NCBI GenBank assembly: GCA_964428845.1
Contig: CAYRZH010000001.1
Span: 204,445-268,444, forward strand
Origin: an uncultured Candidatus Saccharibacteria bacterium
Lineage (GTDB): Bacteria > Patescibacteriota > Minisyncoccia > Phycocordibacterales > DATGWK01
Direction: 5' to 3'
DNA: 64,000 nucleotides
Positions 8,095-17,857 of the stretch are shown here, piece after piece (the stretch's first letter is position 1; every line of letters begins with the position of its first letter). The position numbers and the translations under genes were made by a program. The notes below the pieces were generated by a model. It saw nothing but the letters and a program-made list of their open reading frames with translations, was not told where the DNA came from and did not search any database.

Positions 8095-8226
8095 TATTTA
8101 TGAACACGACGGGAGTTGAACCCGCAGTATTTAGTTGGTAAAACAAAATACCTAAACCGTTAGCGTGCCCATGACGCGATATACCACTCCGCGTCTAGGC
8201 AGACTCTAACAAAGACACATTCAAAT
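8095..8226. repeat. 132-bp direct repeat, copy 2
   Basis: Matches 6634..6765 at offset 1461. Confidence 0.95.
8101..8170 (-). ncRNA. Atypical tRNA-like RNA, copy 2
   Basis: Same as copy 1 except acceptor pair 2:71 is G.U instead of G-C. Confidence 0.6.
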
Positions 8227-8249
8227 CTTTTTTAAGAAAAGATAAATAC

Positions 8250-8297
8250 AAAAACCGCCTCGAAAGGCGGCTTTTGCGATATTCTGTCTTACCAACC
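8250..8297 (-). ncRNA. Candidate ~48-nt sRNA complementary to the tRNA-like RNAs
   Basis: TTGACA-16-TATAAT promoter (8330-8303), terminator ccgcct-ttcg-aggcgg plus T-tract (8270-8250), no ORF. Confidence 0.6.
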
Positions 8298-8517
8298 TCT
8301 GAATTATATATAACTCTCTCTCACTGTCAAAAAAAGACCGCCCCTTCCCGACGGTTTTTCTGGGACCCAAACTCACCAATATGAAAAATATGCAAAAATA
8401 TTCTCTTCCGACAATTGGGGGAAGGTAATTTGACAAATCTGTAAAATAGTGTAAACTCCCGTCCAGAACATTCGTGGCTTGTGGCCACAATAGCCGATCT
8501 TTCAATGGAGAACATGG

Positions 8518-9000
8518 ATGAACTCGGGAACAAACCTCGACGATAAGTCATCTTCGACTGATGGTAGTTGGTTCCTTTTCAACTTCGTGATCGTTGCTCT
8601 CATTATTTTGGCATTGGGCATCTCTGTCCCATCCTGCCGTCGGTACGCACAGAATGAGAGTGTCCGTATCCAGACCAAAGAGGTAGCCTTGAGGTTGGAC
8701 ACCCAGACTACCGAGGCCGGTGTCTATGTGAGGGTGCCGGAGGAGGAATTGCCTGACACCGATCTGTGGGGAACCAAACTCCGGGTTCAGTACGCGCAGG
8801 GTGGGGTGGCGGAGACGATCAGAGTCACCAGTGCCGGGCGTGACAAGTTGTTCGGGACCACCGACGACATCTCTTCCTACTGCCTTTCTACCAACCTCAA
8901 GGGGATTGGCACAGGTCTTCGAGACAATGCCGAGGAGGCCTCACGCAATGTCGCCAAGGGTCTCGTCGAGGGGGTCAAGGAAGGTCTCAAGAAGAAGTAA
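8518..9000 (+). CDS. Membrane protein with a GspG-like (type II secretion pseudopilin) C-terminal domain
   Basis: TM helix then DLWG..L.V.Y...VTSAGRDKLFGTTDDI; own TTGACA-17-TAAACT promoter at 8430. Confidence 0.7.
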   Translation: MNSGTNLDDKSSSTDGSWFLFNFVIVALIILALGISVPSCRRYAQNESVRIQTKEVALRLDTQTTEAGVYVRVPEEELPDTDLWGTKLRVQYAQGGVAETIRVTSAGRDKLFGTTDDISSYCLSTNLKGIGTGLRDNAEEASRNVAKGLVEGVKEGLKKK

Positions 9001-9099
9001 GTCTTTTGCTTGGTTTTCACCAACTCCGATTTTGTCGATACACCGTCCACCCCCCCGTGGCCGGTTTTTTCTTTTACGGGGAAGCTTCGTACGAAGGAT

Positions 9100-9127
9100 T
9101 TGACATATACCCCCTGGGGGGTATATG
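9100..9127 (+). promoter_or_regulatory. CsoR-type operator overlapping the promoter
   Basis: Palindrome CATATACCCCC-TG-GGGGGTATATG overlapping TTGACA, upstream of csoR. Confidence 0.8.
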
Positions 9128-9135
9128 ATACCGAT

Positions 9136-9399
9136 ATGAACACAAATAAAATAAAAATGCTTCGTCGGTTGAAAATTATCGAGGGGCAGGTTCGTGGTCT
9201 GCAGGAAATGGTCGAGAAGGGTACTTATTGTATTGACGTTATTACCCAAGGTTCGGCGATCAAGCAAGGTCTATCAAATGTCGAAGATATGCTCATGGAG
9301 CATCACCTCTCACATTGCGTAGTCAAACAGATAAAAGAGGGGACTCCCGATAAAGCTGTAAATGAGGTTCTTAAAGTTTACAAACTCAAACGTAAATAA
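9136..9399 (+). CDS. csoR: CsoR-family metal-sensing repressor
   Basis: [13 protein letters not shown]...YCIDV...EHHLSHCV. Confidence 0.88.
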   Translation: MNTNKIKMLRRLKIIEGQVRGLQEMVEKGTYCIDVITQGSAIKQGLSNVEDMLMEHHLSHCVVKQIKEGTPDKAVNEVLKVYKLKRK

Positions 9400-9404
9400 A
9401 AAAT

Positions 9405-11729
9405 ATGAGCCAAATTAAAACTTACAGAATAAAAGGAATGCACTGTGCTTCGTGCGCGGGCATCATCGAAAGGACTTTGAGGAAGATACAAGGGGTCCAG
9501 TCTGCTGAAGTCAATTATGGTACCGAAAAAGCGAAGATAGTTCTTGATGAGTCAAAAACAAGTGTACGAGAACTTTCGGGGAAAATAGAGCCACTCGGCT
9601 ATTCTCTTTCTTTGGATCAAGAAAATCCACATAGTCACAACCCCCAGTCGGCTGACGAAATGGGAATGTCCGCCGATGAGCATAGCGGACATCTCGGAAT
9701 CAGTCAGTCAAAAAAAGAGAAGCTCGCCGAAGTTGCCAGTATGAAGACCAAGGTAATTTCTTCCATTCCTCTTGCCGCCGTCTCAATCTTTGTGATGGTT
9801 TGGGAAATTCTCATCAGGTATGGAGTGGCGACAGAGATGAGTGATATTGCCGAGGAATTTTTTCATCACCTCCTGCCTCTTATGGCGACCTATACACTCT
9901 TTGTGGTGGGTAAGCCCTATCTTCTAGGTTTCTTTAGGTTTCTCCGATACGGCAAGGCAAATATGGATACACTGATCGGTATTGGAACTACCGCCGCCTT
10001 TTTGTACAGCTTCGCAATAACCGCTTTCGAAGAAACACTCCGCCCTTTTATAAACGTCGACTATCAGTACTACGACGTGACGATCGTGGTTGTCACCTTC
10101 ATTGCTCTCGGCAAGTATCTTGAGGCACGCTCAAAGATAAAGACTGGTGATGCTATAGAAAAACTTCTTAATCTTCAAGCCAAAACAGCTTTGGTCGTTC
10201 GAGATGGGAAAGAAGTAGAGATTCCAGTAAATGATGTAAAACACGGAGATTTGATAATCGTAAAACCAGGGGCAAAGATTCCGGTAGACGGTCTCATTGT
10301 GGAGGGAGGCTCTTTTGTCGATGAGTCCATGGTTACTGGGGAGCCAATGCCTGCCCAGAAAAAGGTCGGCGATGGTGTGGTATCCGGAACCATCAATACA
10401 ACCGGCTCGTTTACATTCAAGGCTACAAAAGTCGGGTCCGAGACTTTGCTCGCCCAGATCATAAAGATGGTCGAGGACGCCCAAGGAAGCAAGGCACCTA
10501 TCCAGGCGCTTGCGGATAAGATCTCGGCAGTTTTTGTGCCTATCGTCCTAGTGATCGCATTTCTCACTCTCGGCGCATGGCTCGTTGTCGGCTCGCAGTA
10601 TCTAGGATTCTCTCAAGCCCTTTCATTTGGTCTTGTTTCTTTTGTAGGAATTCTTGTGATCGCATGCCCATGTGCTCTCGGTCTTGCCACACCTACGGCA
10701 ATCATTGTCGGGGTTGGTAAAGGGGCGAAAGAAGGGATTCTTATCAAAGACGCAGCTACACTTGAGAAACTTCATAAGGTAAACACACTCGTCGTCGATA
10801 AGACGGGAACTATTACCAAGGGCAAGCCAACGCTCGTCGATATAGAGAATCTATCAAAATTTAAAGAAGAAGAACTTGTCTCAATACTCACCTCGCTTGA
10901 GAAGAAGTCAGAGCATCCGATCGCACATGCTATTGTCGATTATGCGCGCACAAAGAATATACCGATATCCGACGTTTCGGGTTTCGAAAGTATTCGTGGT
11001 GGGGGACTTAAGGGAACGATCGGCAATACAGAGTACTTTGTCGGTAGTGCGAAGTTTATAACCAACTTAAGAATTCCTTTTGATATTACGAGACTGGAAG
11101 AGTTTACAGCACAAGGCAAGACACCGGTCATTCTTGCTACAAAAGAAAAAGTTCTTGCTTTTGTGATGGTGGCCGACGAGATAAAAAAGGAATCTGTTGC
11201 GGCGATAAAAGATCTAAAGGACCTTGGAATCAATGTAGTCATGCTTACTGGTGATGATGAGAAAGCTGCGAAGTACGTAGCGTCTCTTGTCGGGATAGAT
11301 GATGTGGTCGCCCATGTGCTTCCTGAAGATAAGTTGAAAAAAATTCAGGAACTCCAATCGAGAGGTCGGGTGGTTGCTATGGCTGGTGATGGTGTAAATG
11401 ACGCACCAGCTCTTGCCCAGGCCGATGTGGGTATTGCCATGGGAACTGGAACAGATGTGGCGATCGAGTCAGCCGGCATCACACTTCTTGGTGGTGATAT
11501 TTCAAAACTTGTAAAAGCTATCAGACTTTCGAAGATTACCATGCGAGGGATCAAGCAAAATCTTTTCTGGGCATTTATCTACAACATTGTCGGCATACCA
11601 CTTGCAGCAGGAGCTTTGTATCCGGTCTTCGGATGGCTCTTGAACCCCGTCTTTGCGGGTTTTGCCATGGCGATGTCGTCGGTGTCTGTGGTGTCGAACT
11701 CGCTTCGTATTAAAGCTAAAAAAATATAA
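9405..11729 (+). CDS. copA: Cu(I)-translocating P1B ATPase
   Basis: [35 protein letters not shown] and MAMSSVSV motifs. Confidence 0.95.
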   Translation: MSQIKTYRIKGMHCASCAGIIERTLRKIQGVQSAEVNYGTEKAKIVLDESKTSVRELSGKIEPLGYSLSLDQENPHSHNPQSADEMGMSADEHSGHLGISQSKKEKLAEVASMKTKVISSIPLAAVSIFVMVWEILIRYGVATEMSDIAEEFFHHLLPLMATYTLFVVGKPYLLGFFRFLRYGKANMDTLIGIGTTAAFLYSFAITAFEETLRPFINVDYQYYDVTIVVVTFIALGKYLEARSKIKTGDAIEKLLNLQAKTALVVRDGKEVEIPVNDVKHGDLIIVKPGAKIPVDGLIVEGGSFVDESMVTGEPMPAQKKVGDGVVSGTINTTGSFTFKATKVGSETLLAQIIKMVEDAQGSKAPIQALADKISAVFVPIVLVIAFLTLGAWLVVGSQYLGFSQALSFGLVSFVGILVIACPCALGLATPTAIIVGVGKGAKEGILIKDAATLEKLHKVNTLVVDKTGTITKGKPTLVDIENLSKFKEEELVSILTSLEKKSEHPIAHAIVDYARTKNIPISDVSGFESIRGGGLKGTIGNTEYFVGSAKFITNLRIPFDITRLEEFTAQGKTPVILATKEKVLAFVMVADEIKKESVAAIKDLKDLGINVVMLTGDDEKAAKYVASLVGIDDVVAHVLPEDKLKKIQELQSRGRVVAMAGDGVNDAPALAQADVGIAMGTGTDVAIESAGITLLGGDISKLVKAIRLSKITMRGIKQNLFWAFIYNIVGIPLAAGALYPVFGWLLNPVFAGFAMAMSSVSVVSNSLRIKAKKI

Positions 11730-12128
11730 TGACCAAACTCTTCTCATTACTAATTATCACGAGTATCCTAGTAATAGGGGTTTTGGATTTACCTCAATGA
11801 ATCATGGAGCTGATCATACTACCGGTTGCATTGCTTCAGTTGTAAACAATACTCCATGTCCTGAAAACATTGTGGAGATGTCTGTCCATCACATACAGGC
11901 ATTCGTTTCATTCTTCAGTGTGGTTCCGTCAATTCCGTTTATCTTCTTGCTCGCACTTCTGTTCGCAGTATTTCTTGGTACGAGATTTCTTTATATAAAA
12001 CAGCAGAATTTACTTTCGATCAACCTAGGATTATTGCGGGTCCAGCATGGTCCCGAACGCCAACTAAGTCGTCCACGGAAAATTACTCGCTGGCTTTCAT
12101 TATTTGAAAATAGTCCTTCATTGCATAG
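11729..12128 (+). pseudogene. Frameshifted His/Cys-containing membrane protein
   Basis: ATG overlapping the copA stop gives [18 protein letters not shown]; one extra T at 11781-11784 joins it to FGFTSMNHGADHTTGC...CP...HH...WLSLFENSPS. Confidence 0.55.
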
Positions 12129-12161
12129 GATTTCCATTACTATTTCTAATCTCAAAAACCT

Positions 12162-12362
12162 ATGCAAACAAAAAAATCTAAAGGCAGTAAAAAATATAAA
12201 ATTATCGATCCTGCGGTGGCATTCGACCTTGTCTGCGGAATGGAGCTTGATTCAGACAGTATTAAGGCAAGCGCAGACTACAAGGGCAAAACCTACTATT
12301 TTTGTGCCATCCACTGCAAGAATCACTTCGTAGCTGATCCTGTGAAGTATGCAGGAGAGTAA
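12162..12362 (+). CDS. YHS-domain protein
   Basis: DLVCGM...YKGKTYYFCAIHCKNHF...P.KY. Confidence 0.88.
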   Translation: MQTKKSKGSKKYKIIDPAVAFDLVCGMELDSDSIKASADYKGKTYYFCAIHCKNHFVADPVKYAGE

Positions 12363-12385
12363 ATTATTAATCTAATAACAAAAAC

Positions 12386-13030
12386 ATGAACAACAATCAA
12401 AACAACAAAATCTTATACGGTATCGGTGGAATCGTAATCGGAATTCTCCTTGTTTCGGTCCTCACTCCAATGTTTCGCTATGGTGGCTATGGAATGATGA
12501 ACTGGGGAAGTAATTCGGCGTACGAGCAAAGAGTGGTTAGAAACAGACAAATTGCCAGCACAATCGATAAGCATTTCATTGAGCAGATGATTCCTCATCA
12601 TGATGGAGCAATTGCTATGGCAAACCTCGCACTCCAAATGGCAAAACGTCCGGAGATTAAAATCTTAGCAACATCCATTATTGCGGCCCAGACGGCAGAG
12701 ATTCAAGACATGAACGGTTGGTATAAGGATTGGTTTGGAGCGACTGTTCCGAGAGTAGGCGCGGGAATGATGAGTGGCGGCATGATGTCGCAGAGTGGTA
12801 TGCATATGGGCGGGCAGGAGGATATGAAAGCCCTAGAAAATGCCGCAGACTTTGATAAGGCATTTATCGAGCAAATGATTCCGCATCATCAGTTGGCAAT
12901 CATGATGGCGAATATGCTTCAGTTCGGAACAAACAGGCCTGAGATGCAGCAGCTCGCGAAGAACATTATCTCTTCTCAGTCAAAAGAAATTCAGCAAATG
13001 CAGACTTGGTATACGCTATGGTATAAATAA
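12386..13030 (+). CDS. DUF305 (CopM-like) Met/His-rich protein
   Basis: Two FIEQMIPHH..AI.MA repeats, N-terminal TM helix. Confidence 0.88.
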   Translation: MNNNQNNKILYGIGGIVIGILLVSVLTPMFRYGGYGMMNWGSNSAYEQRVVRNRQIASTIDKHFIEQMIPHHDGAIAMANLALQMAKRPEIKILATSIIAAQTAEIQDMNGWYKDWFGATVPRVGAGMMSGGMMSQSGMHMGGQEDMKALENAADFDKAFIEQMIPHHQLAIMMANMLQFGTNRPEMQQLAKNIISSQSKEIQQMQTWYTLWYK

Positions 13031-13047
13031 ATATTCAATTACTAACT

Positions 13048-14079
13048 ATGACTACACAAACACAAAAATACACCTTCCATGTCCATGGTATGCATTGCAA
13101 TTCCTGTGTTCTCCTGACCGAAAGTGTTCTTGGTGATCTCCCCAATATCACTCATGTCAAATCAAGTCTAAAAAAACATTCGGTAGAGGTTATCGGAGAC
13201 TTTGGCAATAAGACACCGGAGCAGATTGCAGAAGAGCTTACTCTTCCACTAAAGTCTCATGGCTACAGTGTTTCAGTCGAAAGGAAGAGACATGACGCCA
13301 AATGGAGTGATTTTAAGATTGCGGTCCCGGTCGCACTCGGCTTTGCCGCGCTTTTCGTGGTACTGCAGAAAATGGGGATCGTGAATCTAGTCAGTGCCGG
13401 TAGCGTTACCTACGGTACGGCATTTGTTATCGGTATAATCGCCTCGCTTTCAACTTGCATGGCGGTGGTCGGAGGTCTGGTCCTCTCGATGTCTGCCACT
13501 TTCGCCAGAGAAGGGGACAGGGTTCGACCACAACTCATGTTTCATGCGGGACGGATAGCCTCATTCTTTGTACTTGGAGGTGTGATAGGGGCGATAGGAT
13601 CGGCCTTCACGCTCAATACTTCTGCAACGTTCATCTTGAGTTTTTTGGTAGGGATCGTAATGCTCATCCTCGGCATCAATCTTCTGGATATTTTCCACTG
13701 GGCCAAGAAACTTCAACCATCCATGCCGAAGTTTATCGCCAAACATGCCCATGGAGTTTCAAAATTCAACCACACTCTCACACCGGTTCTTGTGGGTATC
13801 GCAACATTTTTCCTGCCATGTGGCTTTACTCAATCAATGCAACTCTATACACTTACGACCGGAAGTTTCTTGCGAGGTGGCTTGACCATGCTAGCTTTTG
13901 CCCTGGGGACACTCCCGGTCCTGGCACTTATTAGTTTCAGTTCATTTAGTATTCAAAAGAGTTCTGGGTCCGGAATATTCTTCAAGACTGCCGGGTTGAT
14001 TGTGATTTTGTTTGCCCTTCTCAACCTTATCAATAGCCTGGTGGTTATCGGGGTCGTGCCACCAGTATTTGATTTCTAG
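13048..14079 (+). CDS. HMA domain plus DsbD_2/TauE-type membrane protein
   Basis: GMHCNSC, STCMAVVGG, FFLPCGFTQSMQ, FALGTLP. Confidence 0.85.
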   Translation: MTTQTQKYTFHVHGMHCNSCVLLTESVLGDLPNITHVKSSLKKHSVEVIGDFGNKTPEQIAEELTLPLKSHGYSVSVERKRHDAKWSDFKIAVPVALGFAALFVVLQKMGIVNLVSAGSVTYGTAFVIGIIASLSTCMAVVGGLVLSMSATFAREGDRVRPQLMFHAGRIASFFVLGGVIGAIGSAFTLNTSATFILSFLVGIVMLILGINLLDIFHWAKKLQPSMPKFIAKHAHGVSKFNHTLTPVLVGIATFFLPCGFTQSMQLYTLTTGSFLRGGLTMLAFALGTLPVLALISFSSFSIQKSSGSGIFFKTAGLIVILFALLNLINSLVVIGVVPPVFDF

Positions 14080-14095
14080 TATAATAATTCAATTT

Positions 14096-14482
14096 ATGAA
14101 GACAACCGTTATTTCTTTGGTCATAGCCGCAATACTTATCGTCGGGGCTTTCATGATTGCCCGAGGAGATTTTTCAAGAACTGGCCAGCCGGCAAACAAC
14201 ATCAGTGTTGTCGATGGGAAACAAATCATAGTGATCACGGCTAAAGGGGGGTACAAGCCACGACAAAGCGTGGCCAAAGCGGGGATTCCTACGATCATTC
14301 GTTTTAATACTAATGGCACTTTTGATTGCTCTTCTTCAGTTCGTATTCCAAGTATGAATATTAGTCAGATTTTGCCACGTTCTGGATCTACGGACATAGA
14401 TATCGGTAGTGGCACACTCGGAGTACTCAAAGGGTCGTGCGGTATGGGGATGTATCCGTTTGAAATTGTATTTGAGGGGTAA
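14096..14482 (+). CDS. Cupredoxin-domain protein
   Basis: TAKGGYKP, TFDCS, SCGMGMY. Confidence 0.8.
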   Translation: MKTTVISLVIAAILIVGAFMIARGDFSRTGQPANNISVVDGKQIIVITAKGGYKPRQSVAKAGIPTIIRFNTNGTFDCSSSVRIPSMNISQILPRSGSTDIDIGSGTLGVLKGSCGMGMYPFEIVFEG

Positions 14483-14528
14483 AAAGGGGGTAGTTTTTTC
14501 AAAGATAGATTCCCAGCGGGTCGAGATA

Positions 14529-15050
14529 TCAATACTCGATATTTCTTGCTCCAATCAACCCTCTAGAAAAGGGGTGCTTAACCTCCATCATTTCTGTTAC
14601 CAAATCCGCTCTTTCCAAAAATTCTCTCGGGCAATAACGGCCCGTCATGATCAAATGATCAAGCTTGGGAAGATATTTGCAGATAAAATCACTGACAGAT
14701 TCTTTAGTGAGGAGCCCGAGTGAAAGGGCAACCCATATCTCATCAAGGATCAAAATATTCCATACCTTTCTTTCAACCTCTTTTGCGGAATATGCTAAGG
14801 CATCTTTGGCTGCCTTCACGTGATCTTCGAAAGGTATTTTATCGTTTTCTTTAAAAACAAAACCTTTTCCTTTTTTTGCAATCTTAAAATCCGGTGTGAT
14901 TTTTTTTGCGAGCTTATCTTCACCAGATTTCCAAGGTCCTTTTATAAACTGCACCATTAGGACTCTACTTCCATTTCCAACCGCCCTCATCGCCTGACCG
15001 ATAGCAGCTGTCGTTTTCCCTTTTCCGTTACCCGTAAAGATAATAAACAT
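14529..15050 (-). CDS. btuR: Cob(I)alamin adenosyltransferase (CobA/BtuR type)
   Basis: IFTGNGKGKTTAAIG, VQFIKG, LILDE, TGR, ADLVTEM..VKHPF. Confidence 0.9.
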   Translation of the reverse strand: MFIIFTGNGKGKTTAAIGQAMRAVGNGSRVLMVQFIKGPWKSGEDKLAKKITPDFKIAKKGKGFVFKENDKIPFEDHVKAAKDALAYSAKEVERKVWNILILDEIWVALSLGLLTKESVSDFICKYLPKLDHLIMTGRYCPREFLERADLVTEMMEVKHPFSRGLIGARNIEY

Positions 15051-15055
15051 GGTAG

Positions 15056-17371
15056 TTATATTGCTATTTCGCAGACACCACCCACACACGCAAGTTCTTT
15101 CTTGAGATCAAGCTCGTCAGTTTTTTCGTAAGTCACTATCTTCGAGTAGTCGATATGTTTCATACGTTCCGACAGTTCCAGATATTTTTTTTCATCGATA
15201 GCTTCATAGGGCGCCAGCTGATAGACGTGGTTGTCTCGCGGCAGGAAAGAGAGGCCGCCCACGATATCCCAATTTTTATAAATCCAGTTTGCCACCTCGA
15301 TCCATTCGTCATCTCCCACCGAGACAGTTACGGAAGGGTTGTGTTCGGTGTAGTTCGTCTTTACAATCTTCCAATATTCGAGCTGGTCTAGCGCGCTTAG
15401 ATCATCTTTAAAAATCGATCCTTCTGGGGCTTTGACTGGGAATTCGAGTACATAGGTGGTTGCCGATTCTTTGGGTTGGCCGATCTCTGGATGAAAGGGT
15501 ATTCCTTGATCCTTGAGCATCTTGAAAAGACCATCAGTCGCTGATATTCGAATTCTCCTTATATAGTATTGAGAGTGTCTTGGATGCATGCCAGAAGAGC
15601 AGTCGACCATCTGCGACAATGTCCCCGATGGTTTAACGCAGGTGATACACGTCGAAGGATTCACCCCGAATCTTTTAGAGTAAACTCGATTTATTTTTAA
15701 GGTCTCATCTTTTAGTTTTCTTAATACTTTTGGATTTCTTAAAATCTTTGAATCCCACTGGCCAGTTATCGAGACTCCGAGCAGGCGCTCGTTTTCACAT
15801 CTTTCCCTCCATTCCTTTGAGAGATAGGGGAAATTGGTTAGAGTGGCTTGATATGTGCCAAGTATTGTTGCCAGCCGAATCTTTTTCAAGAGGGAAGCTT
15901 CATCATCTTCGTCACGAGCGACGACTTCTGATAAATTACAAAATTGTTTCGATTGTAAAATAATCTCACCGCAAGGGTTTGTACCGATAGGACCGATGAT
16001 CGATGTTCCGGAAGAATCAAAATATCCTTCATATTTTTTTAAAGTCTCCAATCTTCTTTCTGGAAGGGTTTTGGCCAATGATCCGCGGTTGAAAATGCCT
16101 CTTTCGCCCGACCCAGACTTCATGAGCGCTGCCCACTCTTCAACAAACTCCGTATTTGATGGTTTTTGTATATAGACCGCAGAGTTGTTGGCGAGCATTC
16201 TTTGTGGCTCATTTACGTAAAAAGCACCCTTTTTTGCGTCTCGAATATCCACATCATCTAGATCTGACAAAGAAATCATAGCGCTACGTCTCACGCCTCC
16301 GGAGACAACACAATCGCCGATCATACAGATGATGTCGTGCACATCTATATTTCGCAATCTCTTCCCTTGGCGAGCAAGCATTTTTTCTCTGGTGAAGTCT
16401 AGCAATCTCTTCAAAGGTTCTGGTCCAGACGCCTTGCCTCCCATCGTTTTCAGGCGGGATCCGGCTGGGCGAAGTTCTGACAAATCAAAATCTATATCTT
16501 TACCTTCTGCCCAGGTCTTCATGCCTAGGGCTAGAGCGTCGGCCCAACCCTCTTTGTTGTCAGGAACTATATGTGTTGGAAGTTTTTTGCCGGTCTGAAG
16601 ATTTATCTGTGGGAACTTTTGAACATTTTGACTTTCCACAGACCAACCGGCGCCTGTGCCGCACATGGAGATATACATGATCTCGGCTAGATCCTGGAAG
16701 TTGGTCGGTGCAACATATGAACAATTGTACGCACAGACATTTGTTTTTTTTGCCGCGATCCCGGCAAACTGCAAGAGTCGCATTGAGGGCATGGCTCTCT
16801 GTTCAAGAATTCCTTCTCGGATTTCTTTATATTCAGATTCTTTTAGTTTTGTTCCAAGGTTTTCTTTCATGAAGCCCATATAACGGTCGACTGTCTCTAT
16901 CCAGGTCTCTCTGCGTTTCTCCTCATCGATCCAGCGAGAATAGCTGCGATAGTAAACAAATTCTCCAAGTGGATTTCTGAAATATTTTTTGCTGTCTTCG
17001 GAAAGTTTTCTTACTTTTGGAGGAACTTTTGTACCTTGAGCCCTAAGGCGGGCGCGTTTTTCGCGGTATAAAATATAGGCTTTTGCGGTTTTTACGTATT
17101 CGCTCAAGATGAGCTCTTTTTCTACCGTATCCTGTATACCTTCGACCGTCGGAACAAAGTTCTTGTATTTTTTTGTGATACGAAGTGCGTCCGCATAAAC
17201 CTTATTTGCCACCAGTTCGGCCTCCTTAAGCGAGCCTTCAGCCGAAGCGATCATCGCTTTGCGTATCGCGTTGACGATCTTCTGAATATCGAAAGGGACG
17301 ACCGACCCATCTCTTTTTTGAATACTTTTTACCACTGGCTCGACCATTAAGTTTCTTTTTTTTGGTGACAT
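15056..17371 (-). CDS. nrdJ: Class II (B12-dependent) ribonucleotide reductase with ATP cone
   Basis: IQKRDG..VPFD ATP cone, TNPCGEI, TCVKPSGT, C-terminal CVGGVC. Confidence 0.92.
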   Translation of the reverse strand: MSPKKRNLMVEPVVKSIQKRDGSVVPFDIQKIVNAIRKAMIASAEGSLKEAELVANKVYADALRITKKYKNFVPTVEGIQDTVEKELILSEYVKTAKAYILYREKRARLRAQGTKVPPKVRKLSEDSKKYFRNPLGEFVYYRSYSRWIDEEKRRETWIETVDRYMGFMKENLGTKLKESEYKEIREGILEQRAMPSMRLLQFAGIAAKKTNVCAYNCSYVAPTNFQDLAEIMYISMCGTGAGWSVESQNVQKFPQINLQTGKKLPTHIVPDNKEGWADALALGMKTWAEGKDIDFDLSELRPAGSRLKTMGGKASGPEPLKRLLDFTREKMLARQGKRLRNIDVHDIICMIGDCVVSGGVRRSAMISLSDLDDVDIRDAKKGAFYVNEPQRMLANNSAVYIQKPSNTEFVEEWAALMKSGSGERGIFNRGSLAKTLPERRLETLKKYEGYFDSSGTSIIGPIGTNPCGEIILQSKQFCNLSEVVARDEDDEASLLKKIRLATILGTYQATLTNFPYLSKEWRERCENERLLGVSITGQWDSKILRNPKVLRKLKDETLKINRVYSKRFGVNPSTCITCVKPSGTLSQMVDCSSGMHPRHSQYYIRRIRISATDGLFKMLKDQGIPFHPEIGQPKESATTYVLEFPVKAPEGSIFKDDLSALDQLEYWKIVKTNYTEHNPSVTVSVGDDEWIEVANWIYKNWDIVGGLSFLPRDNHVYQLAPYEAIDEKKYLELSERMKHIDYSKIVTYEKTDELDLKKELACVGGVCEIAI

Positions 17372-17539
17372 ATTTTATTTAGTTAATAAGTTAATTGATT
17401 ATGAAACTAGTATATCAAACGAATATAGTGAATTTCAAAAAAATAGGGGATAAAAATTTTCTGCGCGCCAAAGTGTTTGGTCTGTCAATTTGAGTTGCTC
17501 TGGAAGCTTGGTATACTACTATCAATAAATATCGAAATT

Positions 17540-17845
17540 ATGAAATCACCACTGCCACAAGAGGCGTATCATAGAAATGCTCATATCTATAAAATTCTTG
17601 CCAACTCAAAACGGCTTGAAATCCTAAATCTTCTGAAAAAGGGGGAACTTGGTGTCGAGCAACTGCTGAAAGTCACTAGATTATCCAAGGCAAATCTCTC
17701 CCAACACCTTGCGCTGTTGCGACACAATGGGCTGGTTCAAACAAGACGCGACGGTCTAAATATTTTTTACCGCATAGTTGACCCAAGAATTGTCGAACCT
17801 TGCAAAATTCTTCACAATTTGCGTCACAGACAGCTCGTGGTTTAG
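17540..17845 (+). CDS. ArsR/SmtB-family regulator
   Basis: LANSKRLEIL...NLSQHLALLR..GLV..RRDG..IFY. Confidence 0.88.
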   Translation: MKSPLPQEAYHRNAHIYKILANSKRLEILNLLKKGELGVEQLLKVTRLSKANLSQHLALLRHNGLVQTRRDGLNIFYRIVDPRIVEPCKILHNLRHRQLVV

Positions 17846-17857
17846 CCCCAACCCCTT

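Noticed and set aside
6640-8297. Standard or two-piece tmRNA with the tag encoded in the sRNA (...AAUAUC GCA AAA GCC GCC)
   Set aside because: Both acceptor strands lie within 70 nt, there is no room for pseudoknots, the resume context lacks the -4 A, and the frame runs through the terminator.
17372-17539. Cobalamin riboswitch or NrdR boxes upstream of nrdJ
   Set aside because: The region is short and AT-rich, with no B12 box and only partial NrdR-like matches.
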